Below are positions 53,155 to 64,000 of a stretch of DNA of 64,000 nt, piece by piece (position 1 is the stretch's first letter; every line of letters begins with the position of its first letter). The notes under the pieces are model-generated. The model worked only from the letters and a program-made list of their open reading frames with translations. It was not told where the DNA came from and ran no database searches. This DNA is from Octopus sinensis. Taxonomy: Eukaryota. The translations under genes and the position numbers were made by a program. The stretch spans positions 118,792,001 through 118,856,000 of the forward strand of contig NC_042999.1 in assembly GCF_006345805.1 (NCBI RefSeq), read 5' to 3'.

Positions 53155-53204
<50 letters not shown>

Positions 53205-53599
53205 ATATATATATGTGTATATATATGTATATATATATATATATATAAACAAATGAATATATATACGAATGTGTGTAAACAAATTAATGTAGACAAAGCT
53301 TTCTACATATATACAGAGAGCTATATTTGGATATTAATAAACACAAAGAAATTAATTTCTCACACTGACCTGAGGCCAGACGTGTGTAGGTGAAAGGTTC
53401 AGTTCTTGTTGGACAAAAGGGAAAATTCAGTTCTGCCTCATTTTATCAAACAAACAACTGTAAAAATATATTAATAAAACTGAAACAAATAATGTGACAG
53501 ATAACCAAATCCTACAGTAAGGCTAAAAGAAAATACCTCAGAATATTCAGCATATGAAATATACATATAGGTGCTGGTATGACTGTGTATTATAGATAT

Positions 53600-53892
53600 G
53601 TGTGTGTGGTGGCACAATAACCCAGTGATTAGGGCAGCAGACTCACAGTTGTAGGGTCGTGGTTTTGATTCCCAGGTGTTGTGAGTGTTTATTGAGCGAA
53701 AATACCTAAAGCTCCATGAGGCTCCAGCAGGAAGTGGTGGCAATCCCTGGTGTACTCTTTTGTCACAACTTTCTCTCACTCTTTTGTCTGTTAGCCTGCT
53801 CACTTAGCCAGCAGGGTGGCATCATTTGAAGGTTAAAACAATGGGAAGCACATTGTGACCAGTGATGTGTAGCAACATCTGATAGCCTGGTC

Positions 53893-53895
<3 letters not shown>
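53600..53895 (+). mobile_element. tRNA-like SINE (another family)
   Basis: gtggcacaataacccagtgattagggcagcagactc..gttttgattccc head-like segment. Confidence 0.5.
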
Positions 53896-53936
<41 letters not shown>

Positions 53937-54621
53937 CTGTGTATATATATATATACACATGTGTGTGTGTTTCTGTATGTGTCTTTGTGTCTATGTTTAT
54001 CCTCGATCTGATGCTTGGCAAATGGTGTTGGTGTGTTTACATTTTTGTAACTTAGTAGTTTGGTAAAAAGAAAAAAACTGACAGAATAAGTACCAGGTTT
54101 TAAATAGAAAAGTACTGGAGGTGATTTATTCAGCTAAAAGTTCTAGACAAAACCAATTTCTAGACAAAACCTCCTACCTGCGGACTTAAAATCTAAAAGC
54201 AAGGTAAATAATTCTAATGAAATCAACTGAAATTTTGGAAAAATATAGAAAATGCAGTGTTAGAATGGATCTGGTTTTTAAGTCAACTGGTGAAAGCAAT
54301 GGATATGTTGTCATTGATATACATAATCAGCATCTTGCAATACTTCTGTTTCTTTATAAACAACAATCAATCTTAGTATTGCAACCATAGCAGAAAATAG
54401 TTGCGATAAAGACAAGACTTATGCTTTTACCATTTAATTTCAAGACCATTCTCATACAGCATTTTTACATATTTTTCCAAAATTGCCATTAATTTTAGAG
54501 TTCTCTTCCTTTAACAGTTGAAATTTTTTTTTTTTATTCTAAATAACTCTAGGGATAGTTTGTCTATTTAGTACATGGATAATTTCAATCAAAAAATGTT
54601 TTCCTACTGTATTAAATATAT

Positions 54622-55014
54622 GGTGCAGGCATGGCTGAATGGTAAGAAGTTTGTTTCCCAACTACATGATTCCAGGTTCAGTCTCACTGTGCAGCACCTT
54701 ATGCAAGTGTCTTCTACTATAGCCTGAGACTGACCAAAGCCTTGTGAGAGGATTTGATAGATGGAATCTGAAAGAAGCCAGCCCTTTGTGTGTGTGTGTC
54801 TTTGTGTATGTGTCTGTCCCCCTCCACCACTTGACAAATGTTGTTGGTATGTTTATGTTTCCATAACTTAGCAGTTCAGCAAAACAGACAGAATAATTAG
54901 TGGGCTTTACAAAAAATAATAGGTACTGCTGTTAATAAGTTCAATTAAAGTTCTTCAAAGTGGTGCCTCAGCATGGCTACAGTCGAATGACTACAACAAA
55001 TAAAAGATAAAAGA
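54622..55014 (+). mobile_element. SINE family A
   Basis: Full-length similarity to 55271-55697. Confidence 0.85.
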
Positions 55015-55270
55015 TATGAGTGTGACCCTAAACCAAATTATATGCTAACTAAATGGTTCATTAGAGAATGTGAAAGGCTCAACATTAACCTTTTAGCATA
55101 TAATCTAGACATATCTGGTCTAGATATTCTATCTTTTTTGCATTGAAACTGACCAGATGCAATCTCTCCCACCTGCCCTAGAATGTCATTCTTAGAAGAA
55201 ATAATCGCATCATCAAAATCCTCAAGCTACAAGATAATGCATAATTAATTCAAAGCAAGGTGAATAAATT

Positions 55271-55697
55271 GGCTTAGGAGTGGCTGTGTGGTAAGTAGCT
55301 TGCTTACGAACCACATGGTTCCGGGTTTAGTCCCACTGCATGGCACCTTGGGCAAGTGTCTTCTACTATAACCTCGGGCCGACCAAACCCTTGTGAGTGG
55401 ATTTGGTAGATGGAAATTGAAAGAAGCCCGTCGTATATATGTGTATATATATATATATATGTATGTGTGTGAGTATAAGTTTGTGTGTCTGTGTTTGTCT
55501 CCCCCAACATCGCTTGACAACTGATGCTGGTGTGTTTACGTCCCCGTAACTTAGCAGTTCAGCAAGAGAGACCGATAGAATAAGTACTAGGCTTACAAAG
55601 AATAAGTCCTGGGGTCGATTTGCTTGACTAAAGGTGGTGCTCCAGCATGGCCACAATCAAATGACTGAAACAAGTAAAAGAGTAAAAGAGTAAAGAG
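55271..55697 (+). mobile_element. SINE family A, least decayed copy
   Basis: A/B-box head, retained CpGs, (GTAAAAGA)n tail; partial copies at about 44275-44430(-), 56750-57035(+), 62515-62630(-). Confidence 0.88.
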
Positions 55698-58600
55698 TAA
55701 ATAAGCAATACATTTGACAGTAATGTGAATATTAATGAGCTAAATAGGTTAACAGACTTTTCATCTATTTCTTACTTGAGATTCCAGCAAGAGGCTCTCA
55801 ATGTGCTCAGTCTAGTTGTTAAGATTAAAAATAAAACCCTCTTAAAATGCACACCACTATCTTAAAGCAAGAGAGAAACATTGACCCATGAATTTTAGGT
55901 ATACACAAAGAAGGGTGGTCAAATCTGAAATGTCTTTGAACATAAGTCTATTCTTTCAGACCTGACCGAGTGCTAAACAACAATAATTAAGCATTAATAA
56001 AATATTTTACTTTAATTTGATACGAAGCCCAATTAAGATTTTCTTACTTCACAATAAGTCAGAATCAGAATATTTAAATATTGTCAATTTCCTTCTTTGT
56101 ATTTATGTTTTTAGTATTTATGTATTGATTGATTGATTCTAGTTTCAGCTCACGAGCTGTGGCCATGCTGGGGCACCGCCATTTATTGTTCATATGTTAT
56201 GGGGGAAGGGGTAATGCTTGAAAAGATGCATATTATTGTCTTGTGTATTGTTTTGTGCATGTGCTTACTCAATAAATTTAACCATTTATTGAGAAATACC
56301 AATGGTGACTTTTGTAGAATATTATACTGAGCAGTATTGAAATAACATACTATACAGTACTTTCTAGTGAATATAATACTTCCATCTACTTTTATAGACA
56401 GAAAAAATTTTCCATTAGTTTTATTTAAAAAATTCCATTTTGTTGCCATTCCTGTTATTGTTTTTCTTGCTTGCCTCCCAAAATAATTCCTGATTGAAAT
56501 TATATTTCAAACACCACACACATATACACATAATAAATCCTCTATTTCAGAGCAGTCTCCATAGCTTAGAGAACCAAGTGTCACTGAGTACACAAAACAT
56601 AATGCCTTCAATGTAAAACATTATCAACTGATGTAGCTACACTGATATCCATTCGTGGATCAACATTATTATTATTAGTATTATAAAAAGAATTATGAAA
56701 TGTACAAACATAAAAAAAGCAGCTTTTATTAAAGTTTTATTAACTATAAGTGCAGGCATGGCTATGTAATTAACAAGCTCACCGGGCAACTGTGTTGTTT
56801 CAGGTTCAGTCCCACTTTACGGCAGCTTGAGCAAGTGTCTTCTATTTTAGACCTGGGCTGGCAAATGCCTTGTGAGTGGATTTGGTACACAGAAACTGTG
56901 TGGAAGCCTATTTTATATGTGTGTGTTTGTGTGTGTATCTTTATGTATATATGGATATGTATGCATATATATGTAAATATCTATGTATCTGCATATGACC
57001 ACCAGTGTTGGCTTGTTTGCATCCTTGTAACTTGAACAAATGCTTTGCAGTATTTGTTCCAATCCATTAGTTTCTGAGATCTGCTCTCATTGAGGGTTAT
57101 TTGGGTTGTTAATCTAATTCATTCCCCATTTTAACACCAATACTCAGCATCGTGCTTGTCTCTGGCAGAGTCTATTTTGTTGCATGTATTCAAGCTGTTT
57201 AAGGATATTTACCACTCACCTAACCTCTGGAGGAATTGTAGAGTGTCATAGGTTATGTCTTTCCTTTTGACTAAAATGCTAAAACAAATTTTACATTGGG
57301 TAAGTAACAACATTTCTGCAATTTACGGTATCATCTTGTCCTCCATTAAGTCTAATAGCTGAATAATATAAATTGTTACCTACCAGCAAAGCTTTTGAAC
57401 TAAAGGATCTGTTTTCATAAGAAAACATTATCTTCAGGTATCATTCAACAAGTTTAGTCTCACTATTCTTTGTATAACTTAAAAAAAGAAAGTCTCTTTT
57501 ATGTAGTATATATTTAGTTTCTGTTCATAACAGTGACTTCATCGAATGTAAAACTTCTTAGAGATATAATTCTCACTGGGATACATGGAGATTTGCAATC
57601 TTCAAGGCTAATTGTGCAGTCTCCAATAATATGCCATTACACAATGCATATTGGCCATTTCTCTATAGTCTGTATAGAGTATTATGGCTATGATTTATTC
57701 TCCCAAAATTTAAAACTTTCATACAAGTTAGATCATCAGCTAGCATAAATAGCTGATCAATAATGAGAGTCACAACACTGATATCTAGACATCAGTGTAC
57801 AAATATGAATGTTGTGTATTTACTTACAGTAAACAAAATATACTTATTTTTTTACATATGACTCCTTTGGCCTCAGGAAATCAATAGAAAATTTTTTCCA
57901 GTGGTTGAATTGCATGTATTAACTTGGAAAATTAAAAATGACTGAAAAAGCAATGGCACTATTTTTACTTGGAGCACCCACAAATTGATTAACAGTTCAT
58001 ATATAATCTACCATTATTCTTAGTTTATTAGGATTTTTCTAATTAAAATCTGGGCATATATAATACTGGCTCCAATTATCTCCTTTCAATAAACAAGTGA
58101 TTCTCTCTTCACAACGTAAACAATAATAAAATGTTTTTTCTTTAAAATAAAATTGTTTAGGAGTAGTAATAGCATTACACATTTTCACTCTTAAAAAATT
58201 GAGGATAATCCATGTGCATAGTAGTTGGTCCACAAATTGAGATTGTAGAAAAGGTCTCTTCCCATAGGGCTACATTAATCAGTCAGTCCTGAAATGTATG
58301 CTATCACAAGAATCAAATTAACTTTGTTTACATTCATTTTGAAGGAAATAAGACACACTTTAATGAAAAGAAAACACTCACCCCCCCCCCTGCTGCTATT
58401 ATTCATTTCTGTTCTGGAACAGATTCATTACATGACTGGGCTTTTAACTTTGAAAATTTTCAACATGATGCTAAGAGTTAATATCCATATTTTTGTGAAG
58501 AGACATAAAACTTTCTTCAAGCTATAAAGATACACAGTGATTATCAATTATTAAAAATTGACAGTATTATAAATATTGTCATTAAGAATAACATTCCAAA

Positions 58601-58790
58601 TAGTAAAACTTCTAATTATTTTCATGTTAAGAACACCATAGTAATTATAGAAGTAGACTTTGCAAACAAGTTCATATTAACAGTAAAAGGTATAAATAAA
58701 ATTTTTAGTATTTCCTAAACCAATATTTGTGCATAATTGTTACAATTGACTATTGAGTAGAATCTGAAACAGTTAGAAATCTTTATAAAA

Positions 58791-58831
<41 letters not shown>

Positions 58832-58841
58832 TATTATTATT

Positions 58842-58878
<37 letters not shown>

Positions 58879-58904
58879 TAATAATAATAATAATAATAAT
58901 AATA
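58791..58904. repeat. (TTA)n-(TAA)n palindromic AT-rich repeat
   Basis: About 54 nt of TAT repeat directly abutting about 60 nt of AAT repeat. Confidence 0.95.
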
Positions 58905-59129
58905 GACTGTTGGATTGATAGAATCAATAAAGCAATGGACACTCATACTGTTATTTAGTTATAGCTCTTTACATTCTGAGCTCACATCCTGTCAAGGTCA
59001 ACTTTGCCTTTTTATCCTTTTAGAGATCTAAAGAATAAAGTACCAGCTTAGTCCTGGGGTCATTGTAATAGCCAAATTTCTTAAAAGATGTTGGCTTTCC
59101 ACCTTAAATAGAAACCATCATCAGTGTTG

Positions 59130-59851
59130 TTGTTGTTGTTATTATTCAACATTTGGTAGTTTCAGGAAAATTTCTATTGTATCACCTGATACACTTCTGT
59201 GTTACTGGGGTTTGTGCAGCATTGTGTGCTCTTTTTTGTTGTTGGGGAGTGCAAACTCTTCCTAGTATTGTATTGAATCAGTTATGGGGTATGGTGCATT
59301 CTTTTGTTGTATTAGTGTTTGTATTGTTTTGTGAATGTAATGCATTGGTATCTACCCTACTGGCAGTTGTTTATTTCATTGGATATTTGCTATATAGAGT
59401 GTGTCTTGTGTTTGTGGATTGCTTTGTTTGAGTTGTATTATTGAATTGATAGTTTCTTGTGTAGGATGTGTTTTGTTCCTAGCAGGGCTATTTTTTGGAT
59501 AGTGTGTAGTGTTGAGGGTCCAGGTATAGCTTCTAAATTTTTGTTGAAATGTTTTTTTTTATCATGCCCAACACTCCAGTTATTACTAGTATTGTTTTCA
59601 CTATCATGCTCCACATCTTGAATGGTTCAATTTCAATATTCTGGTGGTAACCCTTCATTCTTTGGTCATATCTTACCATCTTTGCAACAAGGTGCTCTTT
59701 CAGTTCCTCCTCTACTACTTTCAGGCCCTTTCTTTTAATATTATACTTCCTTTTCAGCACCCTGTATTTTTGTTCGCTTTTAAGCTCCCCTTTCTCTTTT
59801 CTGTCTGACACAGAGATTTCCTTCGAGAGTATGTCTAACCCTGCCTGAATA

Positions 59852-59860
<9 letters not shown>
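59130..59860 (-). mobile_element. Internally deleted R4/Dong-like non-LTR element in a TAA microsatellite
   Basis: KYNIKRKGLKVVEEELKEHLVAK..YDQRMKGYHQN fused to ITGVLGMIKK..IPGPSTLHTIQKIALLGTKHIL (RLE C-terminus); (AAT/AAC)n flanks on its own strand. Confidence 0.6.
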
Positions 59861-59904
<44 letters not shown>

Positions 59905-59905
<1 letters not shown>

Positions 59906-60362
59906 GGTAGCAAGCTGGCCGAATTGTTAGCATGTCAGGCAAAATGCTTAGTGGTATTTCATCTGTCTGCATGTTCTGAATTCAAATGCTGCCGGGGTCA
60001 CTATTTGAATGACTTGCCTTTCATTCTTTTGGGGGTTGATAAATTAAGTACATCTCCAACTATATCACATCAAATTTTTACCAGTGCATCATTTCATGAT
60101 GATAGAAGAGAATTCGTTGCTATTCACATTCATACAGGGTGGTAGAAAGGAACATCATTGTTCAAGGATCTAAAGTATTTGGACACACGGCCTATTGCCA
60201 GAAACACAAGCTATGCCACTGGTATTTGTAAAAGTTGGGGAAATATAACAAAAGTTGATAATATGGCCTTGAACAGCGGTGACAGTTATGCACTGGGGTC
60301 GATGTAATCAACTGGTCTCCTCCCCCCAAGATTTCAGGCCTTGTGTCTATAGTAGAGAGGAT
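59905..60362 (+). mobile_element. SINE family B split by the exon-derived insertion
   Basis: Left half ends aaattaagtac, right half resumes cagttatgcactggggtcgatg, as in the contiguous copy at 47061-47090. Confidence 0.88.
60050..60285 (+). pseudogene. Non-coding 236-bp duplicate of part of the last exon (63016-63251) inserted inside a SINE
   Basis: Ungapped alignment, about 19 mismatches in 236 nt by hand count; in-frame TAG (GGG TGG TAG). Confidence 0.93.
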
Positions 60363-60411
60363 TATTATTATTGTTGTTGTTGTTGTTGTTGTTGTTATTA
60401 TTATTATTATT

Positions 60412-60600
60412 TAGGCAGTGAGCTGGTAGAATTGTTAGCACACCAAGCAAAATGCTTAGCAGTATTTCATCCATTCAAATTCCATCTTTCATCCTTCCAG
60501 GTTCAATAAATTAAGTACCAATTGCATACTGGGGTAAATTTAATTGACTGCCCCACTCGCCTAAAATTTCAGGCCTTGTGCCTTGAGTAGAAAGAATTAT
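60412..60600 (+). mobile_element. SINE family B, internally deleted
   Basis: ggcagtgagctggtagaattgttagcac..aattaagtacc..ttcaggccttgtg. Confidence 0.75.
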
Positions 60601-61184
60601 CATTATTATTGTTGTTGTTGTTGTTAGATTTGCATACTATTTAGTAGTGAGTTTGTGTATCTACATAAATAACAAAACATTCTTTGGCATAGCAATTTTG
60701 TCATTTATGAATCTTACCATGTCAAAGAAAGGCTTACTATTTCCTTTCTGATAATTATCAGATAAACAGAATAATCAGAATTACATTGAATATATTTTAA
60801 AGGCTTTGATACCAAATTAATGAAATACATTGGTGATTGTGAGTTATAATAATTAGCATTTATTAGAACTTGTTCTAATGGCAGTGCTTCAATTGCATCA
60901 CCTAACTTGAGTTTGCTATTTTCAAATAGCATTTTATTGTGAACTTATAACAAAGGTAACTCATATGCTTTCTTTAAAATAAGTAAAGGTGCACACTGCT
61001 GTTAAAAATATCAGATTAAAAGTTGAAAGGTATAAATAAAGTCTGTAGTAGATTCTGGTATATGTAGCTTATATATGATATGCCAATTATATCATATATA
61101 ATATATAAATTTAGATATATGATGTGCCAATTAATCATTGTTAAAATTGCGTTTTGTTGTATCTTGGGAGGGTCATTACACAAA

Positions 61185-61478
61185 CAATAAACACATGCAC
61201 TAATTCAATTCTACTTCTTTATTATTAGTCACTTGGTTATTTATTTACCTAAACAATTAATCCATTGCTTGCTTAATCAGTCAGTTGTTTGTCAAAGTGC
61301 TTTCATTGCCATTTGCAATTGCATGAAGGATATGCCTTTTCTCCTTCAGGTCTGCTTCAAATTGATTGATTGTTTAACCAACTGATTAAGCAAGTAATTG
61401 ATTAATTAGTCAGTTAAATAATTTATTAATTGACAAATAAAAAAGAAGTGAAATTGAACCTGAACGGATGTTTATTAT
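61185..61478. repeat. Old degenerate foldback
   Basis: ttgcttgcttaatcagtcagttg / caactgattaagcaagtaa and aataaac..ttcaatt..acttctttatt / aataaaaaagaagtgaaattgaa..gtttatt. Confidence 0.55.
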
Positions 61479-62831
61479 TGGCAAATTATCCTCCAAAGAT
61501 ACAATAAAATTTGTTTCTATGCATGAGTTCAAGATCAAGAATCATGGAAACTAAAACAAAATGCAAAAACGAAATAAAAATAGTATTTTTTTAGGTTTGA
61601 TGTAGGATGTCTCCTGTTTATTAATGAAATGTAAATGTATTACATAATTTATTACGTTCATAAATGTTTGTAAATTTGTCTTCCTTTAAATTTAAGATTC
61701 TGCTTAAAAAAAATTGAAAAATTCTATGCCAATATGACCATATTACCTGAACTGGCAACTTAGATGGAGTAAATAATTTCAAATGTAAAACTTTGTTCAT
61801 TGTATCATGTATGCAGTTAGTAAGAAGAAATAGTATTTCAGGAAATTTATATTGCCTTTCACTTTAAATTTTATGCAAGATATGCCATTCCTTGACAATG
61901 TGGAAACGCAGTAGAATAGCTTTCATGATAACTCTGCATCTTGTTCTATAATGCTTGCATTAAGCGATGCTTTCTCATCCTAAATAACAGTAGTAACAAT
62001 AAAAGTCGATGTTATAGTAGCAATAGCAGCTATACAAGTTAAAGTAATAACTATAGGTTTCACATTAATTCATCAGAAAGCCAAAAGAATTGATGAATAA
62101 ATTGTTGTGAGACAGAAAATACTTGTAAAGTTTTATTCAGCAATTTGTGTCTGTCACCATTCTTGTTGTCCCTTTTTCTTTGTTGATTATAGATGCAATC
62201 TATGTGCACCATAGTTTATGTTTTATTTAAAATACTACTTACATGTAAAAATTAGAAGTCCCCATTCCCTAATACAAATCGTAATATATTTTGATATCCA
62301 CCTTTGCATGTTTGTATGGGATTCATTGAGGCAGAATTTCTATTTCTAAGGACGCTTACTATTGCCTACCCTCCTCTGTTTCTAAACAAGTTCATGTTTC
62401 CTCATGACCGGATATGTTTTCACTGAAGATTGAAAACAAATCAGTTATCTTGTCATCAGTTATTACCTGATGACAAGACAAAGTGATACACACACACACG
62501 TATACATACAAGGTTTTGATTGGACCTGTGCTATAGTTGAAGACACTTGCCCAAGGTGCCATGCAGTGGGAATTTAACCTAAAACCATATATTTTAGAGG
62601 CAAACTTCTTAAACATACAACCATGTTTGTACTTATAATCATTAGAAATTTTTTGGCAAACACAAATATTGCTATTCAGAAAATGTCCATATTTATGAAA
62701 CCACCAAATAAAATTTCTTAATTATCATTGTTTTAATTGTTGTTGATGTTGTTAATGTTTTATTGATAATGAACAAAATTCTTCATAAGAATTTTATTTT
62801 ATGAAATTTTCCTTTCTCTTTAAATTGACAG

Positions 62832-63849
62832 CATGTCAGGAATGAGTTCTAGCCAACTAATTGAAGAGCTGATGAGAATCTCGAAGGAAGCTGCAGAGAA
62901 AGAAGAACAGATAGCAGCTAGTAATAAAGCTGTACCAGTTGTAATCGAGAGTCCAACAAGCAATACAGCTGAAACTTCTCCAGTTGCAAGTAATACTCGT
63001 TCTGATGTGTCAAAGACATCTCCGACTGTATCCCATCAAATTTTTACCAATGCATCAGTTCATGATGATGGAAGAGATCTCGTTGCTATTCACACTCGTA
63101 CAGGGTCGCAAAAAGGAACCTCATTGTTCAATGATCTAGAGTGTTTGGACACACGGCCTATTGCCAGAAACACAAGCTATGCCACTGGTATTTGTAAAAG
63201 TTGGGGAAATATAACAAAAGTTGATAATATGGCCTTGCACAGTGGTGACAGAATGCAGACTCCAGGTATTGTAAAATCTGCACTCCGGCGAATAAGTTCA
63301 CATAAGTTTGACAAAAGAGAATCAAAGCTTGCCTTACCAAGGAGAGGAAGTACTCCTAAAGCAACAGACGGTCTTGAATTGAAAGTAGTGCTTTCCAAAT
63401 CTGATCAGATATTCCACCCTGACACACTAAGACCTGTCTTCACACATAAAGGTGGAAGTTTTCGACGAGTTGATCCAATAGATACTAAATTTTCATGTAG
63501 TAACAAGGACAAAAATAACAGCGTGTTAAAGAATACTAAGCCTTCATGTGAACCTGAAAAGCACAATACAAAAGAGATGTTACTTATATCAAGAGATGCT
63601 TCTCGAAAATGTGCATCTGATCAACCAATTGCCGATACAGGACGATCACATTCTAAGAAAGAGTCTCGTAAAATTAAAGCTCTGGACACAACTGCAGTTT
63701 TCCCTGTTGAAACTATTAGTGTCATCAGTAAACCAGAACTGTTTGAACAGAAAGATACATCCCCAAAGAAGTCCAGCCCCCTAAAACATGATAAAAATGA
63801 AGAAAATATGGCTGGAGATATTTGTAATTTTTCAAATCCTAAAGTTTGA
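62832..63849 (+). CDS. Probable terminal exon of the guanylyl cyclase: ~339-aa Ser/Thr/Lys-rich C-terminal tail
   Basis: Polypyrimidine tract plus gacAG at 62830-31; first base C completes GA+C=Asp and continues into the 338-aa open frame ending TGA 63847-49; non-repetitive and stop-free for 1 kb. Confidence 0.8.
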
Positions 63850-63949
63850 ATATCATTGTTGGTCATTGGTTTCCAATACACAGACATACACAGTTTTTTC
63901 CTAATAATTGTTTGAATTGTTTCCCTTTTTACCATTGTTGTTATTCAGT

Positions 63950-63955
63950 AATAAA
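63950..63955 (+). promoter_or_regulatory. Candidate polyadenylation signal AATAAA
   Basis: About 100 nt after the stop codon; also frequent by chance in AT-rich DNA. Confidence 0.3.
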
Positions 63956-64000
63956 GTCAGGTTTCATACAGGAATTTCCAACTATCTAAGGCAGTGCTCC

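Noticed and set aside
1-64000. CRISPR arrays, rRNA, or prokaryotic operon-type systems
   Set aside because: No repeat-spacer arrays or rRNA-like sequence; the window is eukaryotic intron-rich DNA.

Overview
AT-rich, microsatellite- and SINE-dense metazoan DNA. The repeat families look like those of an Octopus genome (inference from pattern recognition, not a database match). The window holds the 3' half of one + strand gene, a receptor-type (membrane, NPR/GC-like) guanylyl cyclase. Six exons splice in frame: 16617-16809, 26301-26475, 39112-39210, 42717-42808, 52826-52905 and 62832-63849, about 551 aa comprising the cyclase domain plus a ~340-aa C-terminal tail. One intron is GC-AG. Upstream exons lie outside the window. 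The introns contain a young 5'-truncated CR1 LINE, Penelope-like (GIY-YIG) relics, R4/Dong-like and RTE fragments, an internally deleted mariner with TIRs and TA TSDs, two non-autonomous Helitrons, several foldback MITEs and many tRNA-derived SINEs. The most interesting signals are: (1) minimal type-I hammerhead-ribozyme motifs in three unrelated repeat families, including a 300-bp foldback with one hammerhead on each strand and a 276-bp tRNA-headed, hammerhead-bearing unit flanked by a 7-bp direct repeat; (2) a 236-bp copy of the gene's own last exon inserted cleanly into an intronic SINE. Most short ORFs in the supplied track are microsatellite artefacts. TE boundaries are approximate unless TSDs or termini are quoted.
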